In this document: piece after piece, positions 56,198 to 64,000 of the stretch
How the letters are laid out: every line of letters begins with the position of its first letter
How positions within the stretch are numbered: the first letter of the stretch is position 1
From: Candidatus Bathyarchaeia archaeon
Lineage (GTDB): Archaea; Thermoproteota; Bathyarchaeia; Bathyarchaeales; Bathycorpusculaceae
Reading direction: 5' to 3'
NCBI GenBank assembly: GCA_049969855.1
Contig: JBMFOB010000001.1
Location: forward strand, 69,906-133,905
Length of the DNA stretch: 64,000 nt
Program-made: the position numbers and the translations under genes
Notes under the pieces: model-generated
Database searches by the model: none
Told to the model about the DNA's origin: nothing
What the model saw: only the letters and a program-made list of their open reading frames with translations

Positions 56198-56737
56198 TTG
56201 GGGTGTTCAGTGGCGATGTGCGTTTTAGGTAAGGATAGGCTTAAGGAGCTTATTGAGAAGTATAAGTGCATATACCCATATGATTATAACTTGCTTGATG
56301 GAGACAGCTACGTCCTAACAGTGAAGGAGGAGACAACTCTTCATTATTTGGAACATAAGAACCTAATAACCTACGAAATTGTTTTCATTCCACCGGATTA
56401 TGTGGCACATTTGACGGCTAAAAGCAAATATGGAAGAATGGGCTTGTCCTTTTTGAATGCTGCAAAGGTTCACAGCGGATTTGTTGGAAGACTTGCCTTA
56501 GAACTTGTAAACTTGAGTAATGACCGCTGTCCAATAACGATTAAGCGTGGAGACCCTTTCATGCATATAGAATTTGTAACCCGTGAGGGTTCGCCGTCTC
56601 CATATGCTGGCGAATATCAATTTCAGTATTTGACTGATGAGGAAATGCAGATGTATATTCCAATTTTGAAGGGCGTTTTCAAAAATTATGATGAACTTGC
56701 CAAGGCATGGTTCAAAAACAAGCGGCTACAACCATAA
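56198..56737 (+). CDS. dCTP deaminase/dUTPase-like protein
   Basis: KSKYGRMGL, GFVGRLALELVN, PY.GEYQFQ; divergent. Confidence 0.75.
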   Translation: MGCSVAMCVLGKDRLKELIEKYKCIYPYDYNLLDGDSYVLTVKEETTLHYLEHKNLITYEIVFIPPDYVAHLTAKSKYGRMGLSFLNAAKVHSGFVGRLALELVNLSNDRCPITIKRGDPFMHIEFVTREGSPSPYAGEYQFQYLTDEEMQMYIPILKGVFKNYDELAKAWFKNKRLQP

Positions 56738-56862
56738 ATCGAAATTTTAGAGTGTTTTCTGATTTTTAAAATTGATTTTGAATTCATAACTTTAATCAAA
56801 AAGTGCGGTCAACAAATCGTTTAAATATAACGGTTATGGTATGCAGAAGGAGAGGATTTAAA

Positions 56863-57381
56863 ATGCGTGCACGCAACTACAGAGCCTCTAAAGGGCAACC
56901 CTACACTAGAAAAGAGTTCGTGAAGGGGTTTCCGGCGCCGAAAATAACCAAGTTCACTATGGGAGATACTAAAGCAAAATTTGAGTATGAAGCCAAACTT
57001 ATAGCCTTAGAAAAGGCTCAAATCCGCCACAACGCCTTAGAAGCAGCACGTGTGGCAATTAACCGCGTTTTAATGGAGAAACTCACAAACAATTATCGAT
57101 TGCATATTCATCCTTATCCCCACGTTATTCTTAGGGAAAATAAAATGATTTTTGGCGCTCATGCAGACCGCCTTCAAGACGGCATGCGAAGGTCTTTTGG
57201 AAAACCGATTGGAACTGCAGCACGAATAGAACCCAACCAAACAATTGTTACAGTAAACGTGAATGCCGATGGCGTTGATGCTGCTAAAGAAGCCTTAAAG
57301 CGTGGAAGCGCCAAACTTCCAATTACCTGTAGAATAGTAATTGAAAAATTGCCAGTGGAAGAGGTGAAAACAGTTGAGTGA
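56863..57381 (+). CDS. rpl10e: 50S ribosomal protein L16/L10e
   Basis: LEAAR, RENK, ADRLQDGMRRSFGKP. Confidence 0.96.
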   Translation: MRARNYRASKGQPYTRKEFVKGFPAPKITKFTMGDTKAKFEYEAKLIALEKAQIRHNALEAARVAINRVLMEKLTNNYRLHIHPYPHVILRENKMIFGAHADRLQDGMRRSFGKPIGTAARIEPNQTIVTVNVNADGVDAAKEALKRGSAKLPITCRIVIEKLPVEEVKTVE

Positions 57382-59848
57382 ATTGAAAAAAGATTTGGTT
57401 ATTTGGTTTGAAAATCTGAGGAGAACCGATATTCCCATTGTTGGCGGCAAAAATGCAAACTTGGGCGAAATGACAAGCGCTGGCATACCTGTTCCGCCGG
57501 GTTTTGCCATAACTGCCTATTCCTACAAAAAATTCATTGAAGAAACTGGGATAGCCTCTAAAATTTACGAGATTATAGGGAAAACTGTAACGAACCCAAG
57601 TGACCCGGCGCAGTATGAGATAGCTTCTAAAAAGATTCGTGAACTTATAGAAGCAACACCAATGCCTAAAGATATTGAGAATGCCATAAAATCCGCCTAT
57701 GAAGAATTGTGTAAGAAACTTGGAGTAAAAGAGGTTTTTGTGGCTGTGCGTTCGAGCGCCACTGCTGAAGACCTTCCAGATGCTTCTTTTGCTGGGCAGC
57801 AAGAGACGTACTTGAACGTTAAAGGCGTAGATGAAGTTCTTGAAAGCACTGTTAAGTGTTGGTCAAGTCTATTCACGCCGCGTGCAATCTTTTACCGAAC
57901 TGAAAAAGGATTTGCCCACGAAAAAGTCCTCATCAGCGTTGGCGTCCAGAAAATGGTTAATTCTCGGGCTGCAGGCGTTATGTTCACGATAAATCCAGTT
58001 ACTGGCGATCCGAATCACATAGTTATCGAAGGCAATTATGGTTTGGGAGAGGCTGTGGTTTCTGGAGCTGTGACTCCTGACGATTTTGTTGTTGATAAGA
58101 ATTCTATGAGAATAATTGAGAAGCGCATATCAAAGAAAAAAGTGCAATATGTCCGTGACCCAAAAACTGGCAAAACAATTCACACAGAGGTGCCTCTGGA
58201 AAAGCAGGAGCAACCATGTTTAACGGATGAGGAAATTCTCAAGCTTGCTGAATTGGCGAAGCGTATTGAACAGCATTATGGAAAACCTCAAGATATCGAA
58301 TGGGCAATTGACAATGATTTACCCTTCCCAAACAATGTTTTCATAGTGCAGTCAAGACCCGAAACGGTTTGGAGCCTAAAATTGGCGGAAGCCCAGAAAA
58401 TTGAAGTCGCAGCTATGAAGCCCACTGGAGAGTTAAAGGTGGTTGTTAAAGGGATTGCGGCTGGCAAAAGAGGCTTCGGCTTAGGCAAGGCTAAAGTTGT
58501 TTCGAATCCGCAAGAAGCTGCAAAAGTCATGCAGAAAGGCGACATCCTTGTTACAGATATGACTAATCCTGATTATGTTCCTTTCATGAAACTTGCAAGC
58601 GCCATAGTCACCGACAAGGGTGGAGTAACATGTCACGCAGCCATTGTAAGTCGTGAACTTGGCATACCATGCGTTGTTGGAACCGAAAATGCTACAAAGC
58701 TTATGGTTAGCGATAAAGAATACACTGTGGATTCTAAGAGTGGCGTTGTTTATGAAGGAATAATTCCATCGTTGACAGAGCAGCTTCCATCTGCATCTGG
58801 AGCTTCATCTCCATCACAAGTTATTACGGCTGGAAGTTTCCAGTCTGTGCCTGTGACGGCGACGAAAATTTACATGAACTTGGGCGTGCCAGAAAAAATT
58901 GAAGAATACAAGGACTTGCCTTTTGAGGGAATAGGGCTTATGCGTATTGAATTTATTTTAGCCAGTTACATAGGCGAACATCCGCTTTACCTTATTGAAA
59001 CTGGTCAATCCCAGAAGTTTGTGGACAAACTTGCAGAGGGAATAGCAACTGTTGCAAGAGCCATCCAACCACGCCCAGTTGTTGTGCGCTTCAGTGACTT
59101 TAAAACAAATGAGTATAGGGAACTGAAAGGCGGCGAGAAATACGAAATTGTTGAAGCAAACCCCATGCTTGGTTGGAGAGGATGCAGCCGCTACATAAGT
59201 TCATGGTATGAAAAAGCTTTTAGACTTGAATGTCAAGCAATAGTGAAATGCCGCAAAGAATGGGGACTCAAAAACGTCTGGGTCATGCTTCCAGTCGTGC
59301 GCACAGTTTGGGAAGCCAAAAAAGTCTTGGAGATTATGCGAGAAGAAGGCTTAGAAAGGTCGAAGGACTTCAAAGTGTGGTTTATGGCTGAAACTCCCTC
59401 AATAGCCATACTTGCAGACGAGTTTTCAAAACTCTGCGACGGCTTCTCCATAGGCTCAAACGACATGACCCAAGGAATCCTAATGATTGATAGGGACTCT
59501 GAACGCCTCGGGCAAATGGGATACTTCGACGAAAGAGACCCCGCAGTAAAAAGGATAATTGCCCACCTAATCAAAGTGGCTCATGAGAATGGCGCCACAG
59601 TTTCCATATGCGGAGAAGGACCATCAAACCTTCCCGACTTTGCAGAATTTCTTGTAAGGGCTGGAATTGATAGCATATCCGTGAACAACGACGCCGTGGT
59701 TGCAACGAAAAAGCTTGTTGCAAGCATAGAACAGAAGATGATTTTAGAACAGCTTGCTGAACAAAAGAGAAGGTTCCATGGGCATTCTGTTCGAAAACCA
59801 AAAGAAGATTGGGAATGGACGCCTCAGTGGGACGAATCAGAAGAGTAA
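57374..59848 (+). CDS. ppsA: Phosphoenolpyruvate synthase
   Basis: GGKNANLGE, RSSATAED, GGVTCHAAIVSRE, SIGSND. Confidence 0.95.
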   Translation: MSELKKDLVIWFENLRRTDIPIVGGKNANLGEMTSAGIPVPPGFAITAYSYKKFIEETGIASKIYEIIGKTVTNPSDPAQYEIASKKIRELIEATPMPKDIENAIKSAYEELCKKLGVKEVFVAVRSSATAEDLPDASFAGQQETYLNVKGVDEVLESTVKCWSSLFTPRAIFYRTEKGFAHEKVLISVGVQKMVNSRAAGVMFTINPVTGDPNHIVIEGNYGLGEAVVSGAVTPDDFVVDKNSMRIIEKRISKKKVQYVRDPKTGKTIHTEVPLEKQEQPCLTDEEILKLAELAKRIEQHYGKPQDIEWAIDNDLPFPNNVFIVQSRPETVWSLKLAEAQKIEVAAMKPTGELKVVVKGIAAGKRGFGLGKAKVVSNPQEAAKVMQKGDILVTDMTNPDYVPFMKLASAIVTDKGGVTCHAAIVSRELGIPCVVGTENATKLMVSDKEYTVDSKSGVVYEGIIPSLTEQLPSASGASSPSQVITAGSFQSVPVTATKIYMNLGVPEKIEEYKDLPFEGIGLMRIEFILASYIGEHPLYLIETGQSQKFVDKLAEGIATVARAIQPRPVVVRFSDFKTNEYRELKGGEKYEIVEANPMLGWRGCSRYISSWYEKAFRLECQAIVKCRKEWGLKNVWVMLPVVRTVWEAKKVLEIMREEGLERSKDFKVWFMAETPSIAILADEFSKLCDGFSIGSNDMTQGILMIDRDSERLGQMGYFDERDPAVKRIIAHLIKVAHENGATVSICGEGPSNLPDFAEFLVRAGIDSISVNNDAVVATKKLVASIEQKMILEQLAEQKRRFHGHSVRKPKEDWEWTPQWDESEE

Positions 59849-59907
59849 CCTTTCAATTCCTGCATTCTTTAATGCTTCAAATTTTGCTGGCTTTTGGGCG
59901 TGTGTAA

Positions 59908-60909
59908 ATGAAGCAGTTTGATTTAGAAGAAGAAAGAATTAAACAGGAAATACTCAAGCTCGGAGCCAAACGAGTTCTAATCCAACTACCAGAAGGCTTG
60001 AAACCAGAAGCGCCATACCTATCCAAAATTGTCGAAAAAACTGGTGCACTATCAATAGTTTCCGCGGATCCTTGTTACGGCGCATGTGACTTGGCAGCGG
60101 CAGATGCTGAAGCCTTAGGCGTTGACTTAATAATTCATTATGGTCATTCAAAAATGTTGAAGTATGAAAGGGTTCCCACAATTTATGTTGAGGCAAGAGC
60201 TGCCTTAAATGTTGAGGGTGTTGTTGAAGAAGCCTTACCAATGTTAGAAAAATGGCGTAAAATAGGTTTAACCACAACGGTTCAGCATGTGCAAACTCTT
60301 GACATCGTTAGAGAACTCCTGCTTCGGGCTGGAAAAATCGTCGCCATAGGTGATGCTGGACGCTTAAATTATGCGGGGCAAGTGATTGGTTGCAATTACA
60401 GTAATGCCAAATCAATAGCAGACGGTGTTGAAGTCTTTCTTTTCATTGGAGGCGGACGGTTCCACGCCTTGGGCGTTGCGCTTTCAACTTCAAAACCAAC
60501 AATAGCCGCCGACCCTTATGAACAGAGAGTTTTTTCCGTCAATGAAGAGGCAGAAAAAATAGTTAAGCAGCGTTGGGCAAGCATACAAGAGGCTGGAAAA
60601 GCGAAAAACTTTGCAGTTTTGGTTGGATTAAAACCTGGACAAAAAAGAATTGAAGAAGCTTTAATGATTAAACGGAAGCTTGAAGAAAAAGGAAAAGCAG
60701 TTTGCCTTCTGTCAGCTAAGGAAATCTCTCCAGAAACACTCATGGAATTTCCTTCGGTTGATGCCTTCGTAAACACTGCATGCCCAAGAGTTTCAATTGA
60801 TGACTCTTCAAGATTTAAAAAACCATTGTTAACAACTAATGAAGCCTTGGTGGTTGTTGGAGAATTGTCATGGGAAGAACTATGCAGAAAAGGTTGGTTC
60901 GAAAACTAG
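59908..60909 (+). CDS. dph2: Diphthamide biosynthesis Dph2
   Basis: QLPEGL, CYGACD, GQVIGC, TACPR. Confidence 0.94.
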   Translation: MKQFDLEEERIKQEILKLGAKRVLIQLPEGLKPEAPYLSKIVEKTGALSIVSADPCYGACDLAAADAEALGVDLIIHYGHSKMLKYERVPTIYVEARAALNVEGVVEEALPMLEKWRKIGLTTTVQHVQTLDIVRELLLRAGKIVAIGDAGRLNYAGQVIGCNYSNAKSIADGVEVFLFIGGGRFHALGVALSTSKPTIAADPYEQRVFSVNEEAEKIVKQRWASIQEAGKAKNFAVLVGLKPGQKRIEEALMIKRKLEEKGKAVCLLSAKEISPETLMEFPSVDAFVNTACPRVSIDDSSRFKKPLLTTNEALVVVGELSWEELCRKGWFEN

Positions 60910-61565
60910 AATTAGAACTGTTTCTTTCACAAATTGAGCCGCCCTTAACCCCAAAACCAAGCCTTGAACAATACACAATTCCAACCGATGTTGCAGCAAC
61001 AATGCTTTACATGGCAACCTACACCTACAACGATATCTTTAACAAAACAGTTTTAGATTTAGGATGCGGCACCGGAAGACTCGCCCTTGGCGCTGCTTTT
61101 CTTGGTGCAAAACATGTGATAGGCGTAGACATAGACAAAAACGCGGTGAAGATGGCTTTTGAAAACTCCGTAAAAGCAAACTTGAAAGAAAAGGTGGATT
61201 GGATTGTTGCAGACATAGACGCTATTCATGGAAACTTTGACACTGTCCTGCAAAACCCGCCTTTTGGTGTGCAAACGCCAAAGGTTGACCGAAAATTTCT
61301 CCAAAAAGCTCTAGAAAATGGCAAAGTTGTTTATTCACTTCACAAAAGCCCACGCAAGGATAAAACATTCGTGAAAAAATTAAGAGCGAGAAAACCCAGT
61401 GTTATACCAATAGCGCCTTCTCCCTTCTTTAAAAAATTCATAAATGCGCATGGCGGGAAAATTAGGGCTGTTTACGCCACAGTTATGACGATTCCGCATA
61501 TGTTTTCTTTTCATACAAAAAAGAAACACGAGTTTGTGGCTGAATTATATGTTATAGAAAGTTAG
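60882..61565 (+). CDS. METTL5-family RNA methyltransferase
   Basis: LEQY, DLGCGTG, NPPFG, YSLHK, FH. Confidence 0.9.
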   Translation: MQKRLVRKLELELFLSQIEPPLTPKPSLEQYTIPTDVAATMLYMATYTYNDIFNKTVLDLGCGTGRLALGAAFLGAKHVIGVDIDKNAVKMAFENSVKANLKEKVDWIVADIDAIHGNFDTVLQNPPFGVQTPKVDRKFLQKALENGKVVYSLHKSPRKDKTFVKKLRARKPSVIPIAPSPFFKKFINAHGGKIRAVYATVMTIPHMFSFHTKKKHEFVAELYVIES

Positions 61566-61620
61566 GGAATCAAAAGGTTTATTGAGGTGGCGTAGACAAG
61601 TAGAGAGGTGCTGGTTTAAC

Positions 61621-62202
61621 ATGAACGCATTATCATCTGAAAGGGAAAGCGGAAAATTTGTGTTGCCCGGTGAGCCTTTAGGTGTTATTGAAGAGTTTAT
61701 TCCAGACGCTGGAACCTATGTTAAAGATGGAGTTATCTACTCCAAAACTGTCGGAAGAGCCTTACTTGACTTTTTGAATAAGCGTGTTTCCGTTTATCCC
61801 CTAATTCGAGCGGCAAGAATTCCAAAAGTCGGCAGCATAGTGCTTGGGCAAGTTTCAAATGTTCAAACTGAAAATGCTAGCGTGCGAATCTTCAAAATTG
61901 GCGATAAACCCCTTTCAGGCTTTTTCTCCGGCATCCTTCATGTTTCAGACGTGCAGCAAACCTATGTTAAGTCAATGTTTGACGTGTGCAAACCCGGCGA
62001 CATCATTAGGGCTAAAGTCATCAGCGAAAAAAACCGAGTTTACCATTTATCCACTAAAGACAAGGAGTTAGGCGTTGTTTACGCCTTCTGTTCCCAATGT
62101 GGCTTCATGTTGGAGCTTAAACGCCATATTATGCGTTGTGCTAGGTGCGGAAAAATTGAAAAGCGTAAAATTGCTTTAGATTACGGAAAAGGAATGTTAT
62201 AA
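61621..62202 (+). CDS. csl4: Exosome RNA-binding subunit Csl4
   Basis: VLPGE.LG..EE, S1 domain, C-terminal Zn ribbon, E.RK. Confidence 0.93.
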   Translation: MNALSSERESGKFVLPGEPLGVIEEFIPDAGTYVKDGVIYSKTVGRALLDFLNKRVSVYPLIRAARIPKVGSIVLGQVSNVQTENASVRIFKIGDKPLSGFFSGILHVSDVQQTYVKSMFDVCKPGDIIRAKVISEKNRVYHLSTKDKELGVVYAFCSQCGFMLELKRHIMRCARCGKIEKRKIALDYGKGML

Positions 62203-62222
62203 AGCAAAGGGAGAATGTAGAA

Positions 62223-62507
62223 TTGAAAATAAAAACTTTGAAGAAAACCTCAAACGAACTAAAAATAGAAGTTGAAGGTGTAGGACACACTCTTTGCAAT
62301 TTGCTGCAGAAGAGACTTTTAGAAGATGAAAATGTGGATTTAGCTGGTTATGACATACCGCACCCCTTAGCCTCAAACTCTGTGATTTATGTTCGAACTA
62401 AAGGCGATGTGAAACCTGAAGAAGCCCTACTAAGGGCTGTGGAAAAAACCCGTGAAATGAACGAAAAATTCAGGAAGGAAATTGAAAAGGCTCTTAAGAA
62501 AACTTGA
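62223..62507 (+). CDS. rpoL: RNA polymerase subunit L (Rpo11)
   Basis: GHTLCNLL, AGYDIPHPL. Confidence 0.94.
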   Translation: MKIKTLKKTSNELKIEVEGVGHTLCNLLQKRLLEDENVDLAGYDIPHPLASNSVIYVRTKGDVKPEEALLRAVEKTREMNEKFRKEIEKALKKT

Positions 62508-62898
62508 TTCTCTCTTTTATCGTTATTAGCAGCTGAGTTAATGCATCAACAATGTCAACGCTCTTTTCTAAAATTGCAACGGTTTCTTCTAATGTAATAT
62601 AATTGCAGAGCCAAGCATAAACTATTAGCGCTTCTGCCGCATCCGCTAACACATGACTAGTCATTCTTGAAGGTAAATACTTTCTTAATCCAGCCTTTCT
62701 AAGTGCTTCTGCAAGCGCAGCTCCCTTAACCTTCGTTCCTGAAGGTTTTTCCCTTCTGTTTGATAAGGCTAATGAGTAAACAAAGTTTATGTATGCGTCT
62801 CCAAGTGATGCCAAGCCATGGTCCATAAGTACTTCCCTTAAGCTTCCATAAGTTTTCATGAATGAAAATGTTCTTTCACTTTTACTCAAACTTAACAC
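62494..62898 (-). CDS. Archaeal RNase III-like domain protein
   Basis: LASLGDAYINF, ADAAEAL. Confidence 0.8.
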   Translation of the reverse strand: MLSLSKSERTFSFMKTYGSLREVLMDHGLASLGDAYINFVYSLALSNRREKPSGTKVKGAALAEALRKAGLRKYLPSRMTSHVLADAAEALIVYAWLCNYITLEETVAILEKSVDIVDALTQLLITIKERIKFS

Positions 62899-63111
62899 AT
62901 CTAATGCCTTTATTCTTGTTATAAAAGGCAGCTTCTCCTTTTGAGTTTTTCACCAAAACCAGCAAAATGAAAAGAAAATATCAAGCCGAAGTGAGATTAA
63001 GCCTAAAATTTGCACGTAAAGATTGCACGGAAATTTAAAAATGAAATCAATTTTCACTAAACTTATAATGCTTCTTTTCCTATAATTTGAGCGACGCTAT
63101 GAGGGGTAGTT

Positions 63112-63699
63112 TTGTCTATCCAAAAATTTCGTGTAATTAAGCCTGAAATCCGTGTTTTGGGAGTGGATGATGGAATATTCATTCCTCGCTCAAAAGGTCT
63201 TGTGCCAATTGTCGGAGTTGTTTTTAGGGGTGGATATTGGCTTGATGGAGTAATGCGTACCAACGTAAAAATAGACGGGTTAGACGCCACAAAAAAATTA
63301 ACATCCATGATAATTAACTCACCGCATTACAAGCAATTACGGGTTATAATGCTTAATGGAATAACTTTTGCGGGCTTTAACGTTGTAGACATAAAAGAGC
63401 TCAACGCCAAAACAAAACTTCCAGTCATAGCTGTAACCAGAGAAAATCCAAACTTCGCAGAAATCCGCGAAGCCCTAAAAAATCTGCCAAAAAATGAAGA
63501 ACGTTGGAAAGCTGTAAAAGATGCTGGAAGAGTGTTTGAAGTGTCCACTAGAAACGAAGGCGAGAAAGTCTATATGCAAATTTCTGGAATACTTGAGGAA
63601 GATGCCAAAAAAATTTTGCAGCTAACTTCTACAAGAAGCAACATTCCGGAAGCCTTACGTGTAGCTCACCTCATCGCTTCTGGCATTAGCGCCATTTAG
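63112..63699 (+). CDS. DUF99 family (endonuclease V-like) protein, second paralog
   Basis: GVDDG, DGLDAT, GITFAGFNVVD, PEALRVAH. Confidence 0.9.
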   Translation: MSIQKFRVIKPEIRVLGVDDGIFIPRSKGLVPIVGVVFRGGYWLDGVMRTNVKIDGLDATKKLTSMIINSPHYKQLRVIMLNGITFAGFNVVDIKELNAKTKLPVIAVTRENPNFAEIREALKNLPKNEERWKAVKDAGRVFEVSTRNEGEKVYMQISGILEEDAKKILQLTSTRSNIPEALRVAHLIASGISAI

Positions 63700-63780
63700 C
63701 TCCAATCCTTATTTGAATAAGAAAAGGTTTAAAAGGGACAATGTTAAGGGAAAACAAACGGACAACGGAGTTAAAAAGTC

Positions 63781-64000
63781 ATGGAATTTTGTCCAAAATG
63801 CGGGTCGCGTTTAGTGCCTAAAAAGAAGAAAACAAACAAAGGGTCATCCATTGCGCTGGTTTGTCCCAAATGTGGTTATAGAAAGAGAGAATCCGGCGGA
63901 AAGGTTGAACCTAAAATTGCGAAAGTTATACAGCACAAGCCGCAAGAACTTGTGGCGGTAATAAGTAAGGAAGAGCAGAAACTTAGGACACTGCCAACAG
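63781..64000 (+). CDS. tfs: Transcription factor S (TFS/RpoM), runs off window
   Basis: Not in track. MEFCPKCGSRL...CPKCGY...LRTLPT. Confidence 0.9.
   Translation, partial: MEFCPKCGSRLVPKKKKTNKGSSIALVCPKCGYRKRESGGKVEPKIAKVIQHKPQELVAVISKEEQKLRTLPT

Overview
Core chromosomal segment of an archaeon, most likely Bathyarchaeia (TACK). This is inferred from PolD DP1/DP2, Elf1, GGGP synthase, Alba, Csl4, Pus10, Dph2 and frequent TTG/GTG starts. The window holds the start of the S10-like ribosomal operon, SAH-recycling genes, MgtA and an intron-containing tRNA-Ser(CGA) with a ~2 kb degenerate att-flanked islet carrying a DUF4258/DUF2283 toxin-antitoxin pair. It also holds a pyruvate/2-oxoacid ferredoxin oxidoreductase operon and the srp54-pus10-rpl21e-rpoF-DUF655-rsmA and dph2-METTL5-csl4-rpoL-TFS clusters. 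The centre is a replication origin: four ORB elements and an AT-rich tract upstream of cdc6 (22.1-22.7 kb). Directly beside it lie three uncharacterised HTH genes, one encoding a membrane anchor-coiled coil-winged helix protein, around a dense array of TGTGA/TCACA repeats. The same motif recurs as pairs upstream of PolD DP2 and a Zn-finger operon. This is the best candidate for an undescribed origin-tethering/segregation or cell-cycle regulatory system. Found outside the ORF track: a box C/D sRNA whose two guides target opposite strands of 23S helix 90, Sec61beta, a 39-aa ORF, four broken genes and a Nob1 gene with no canonical start codon.
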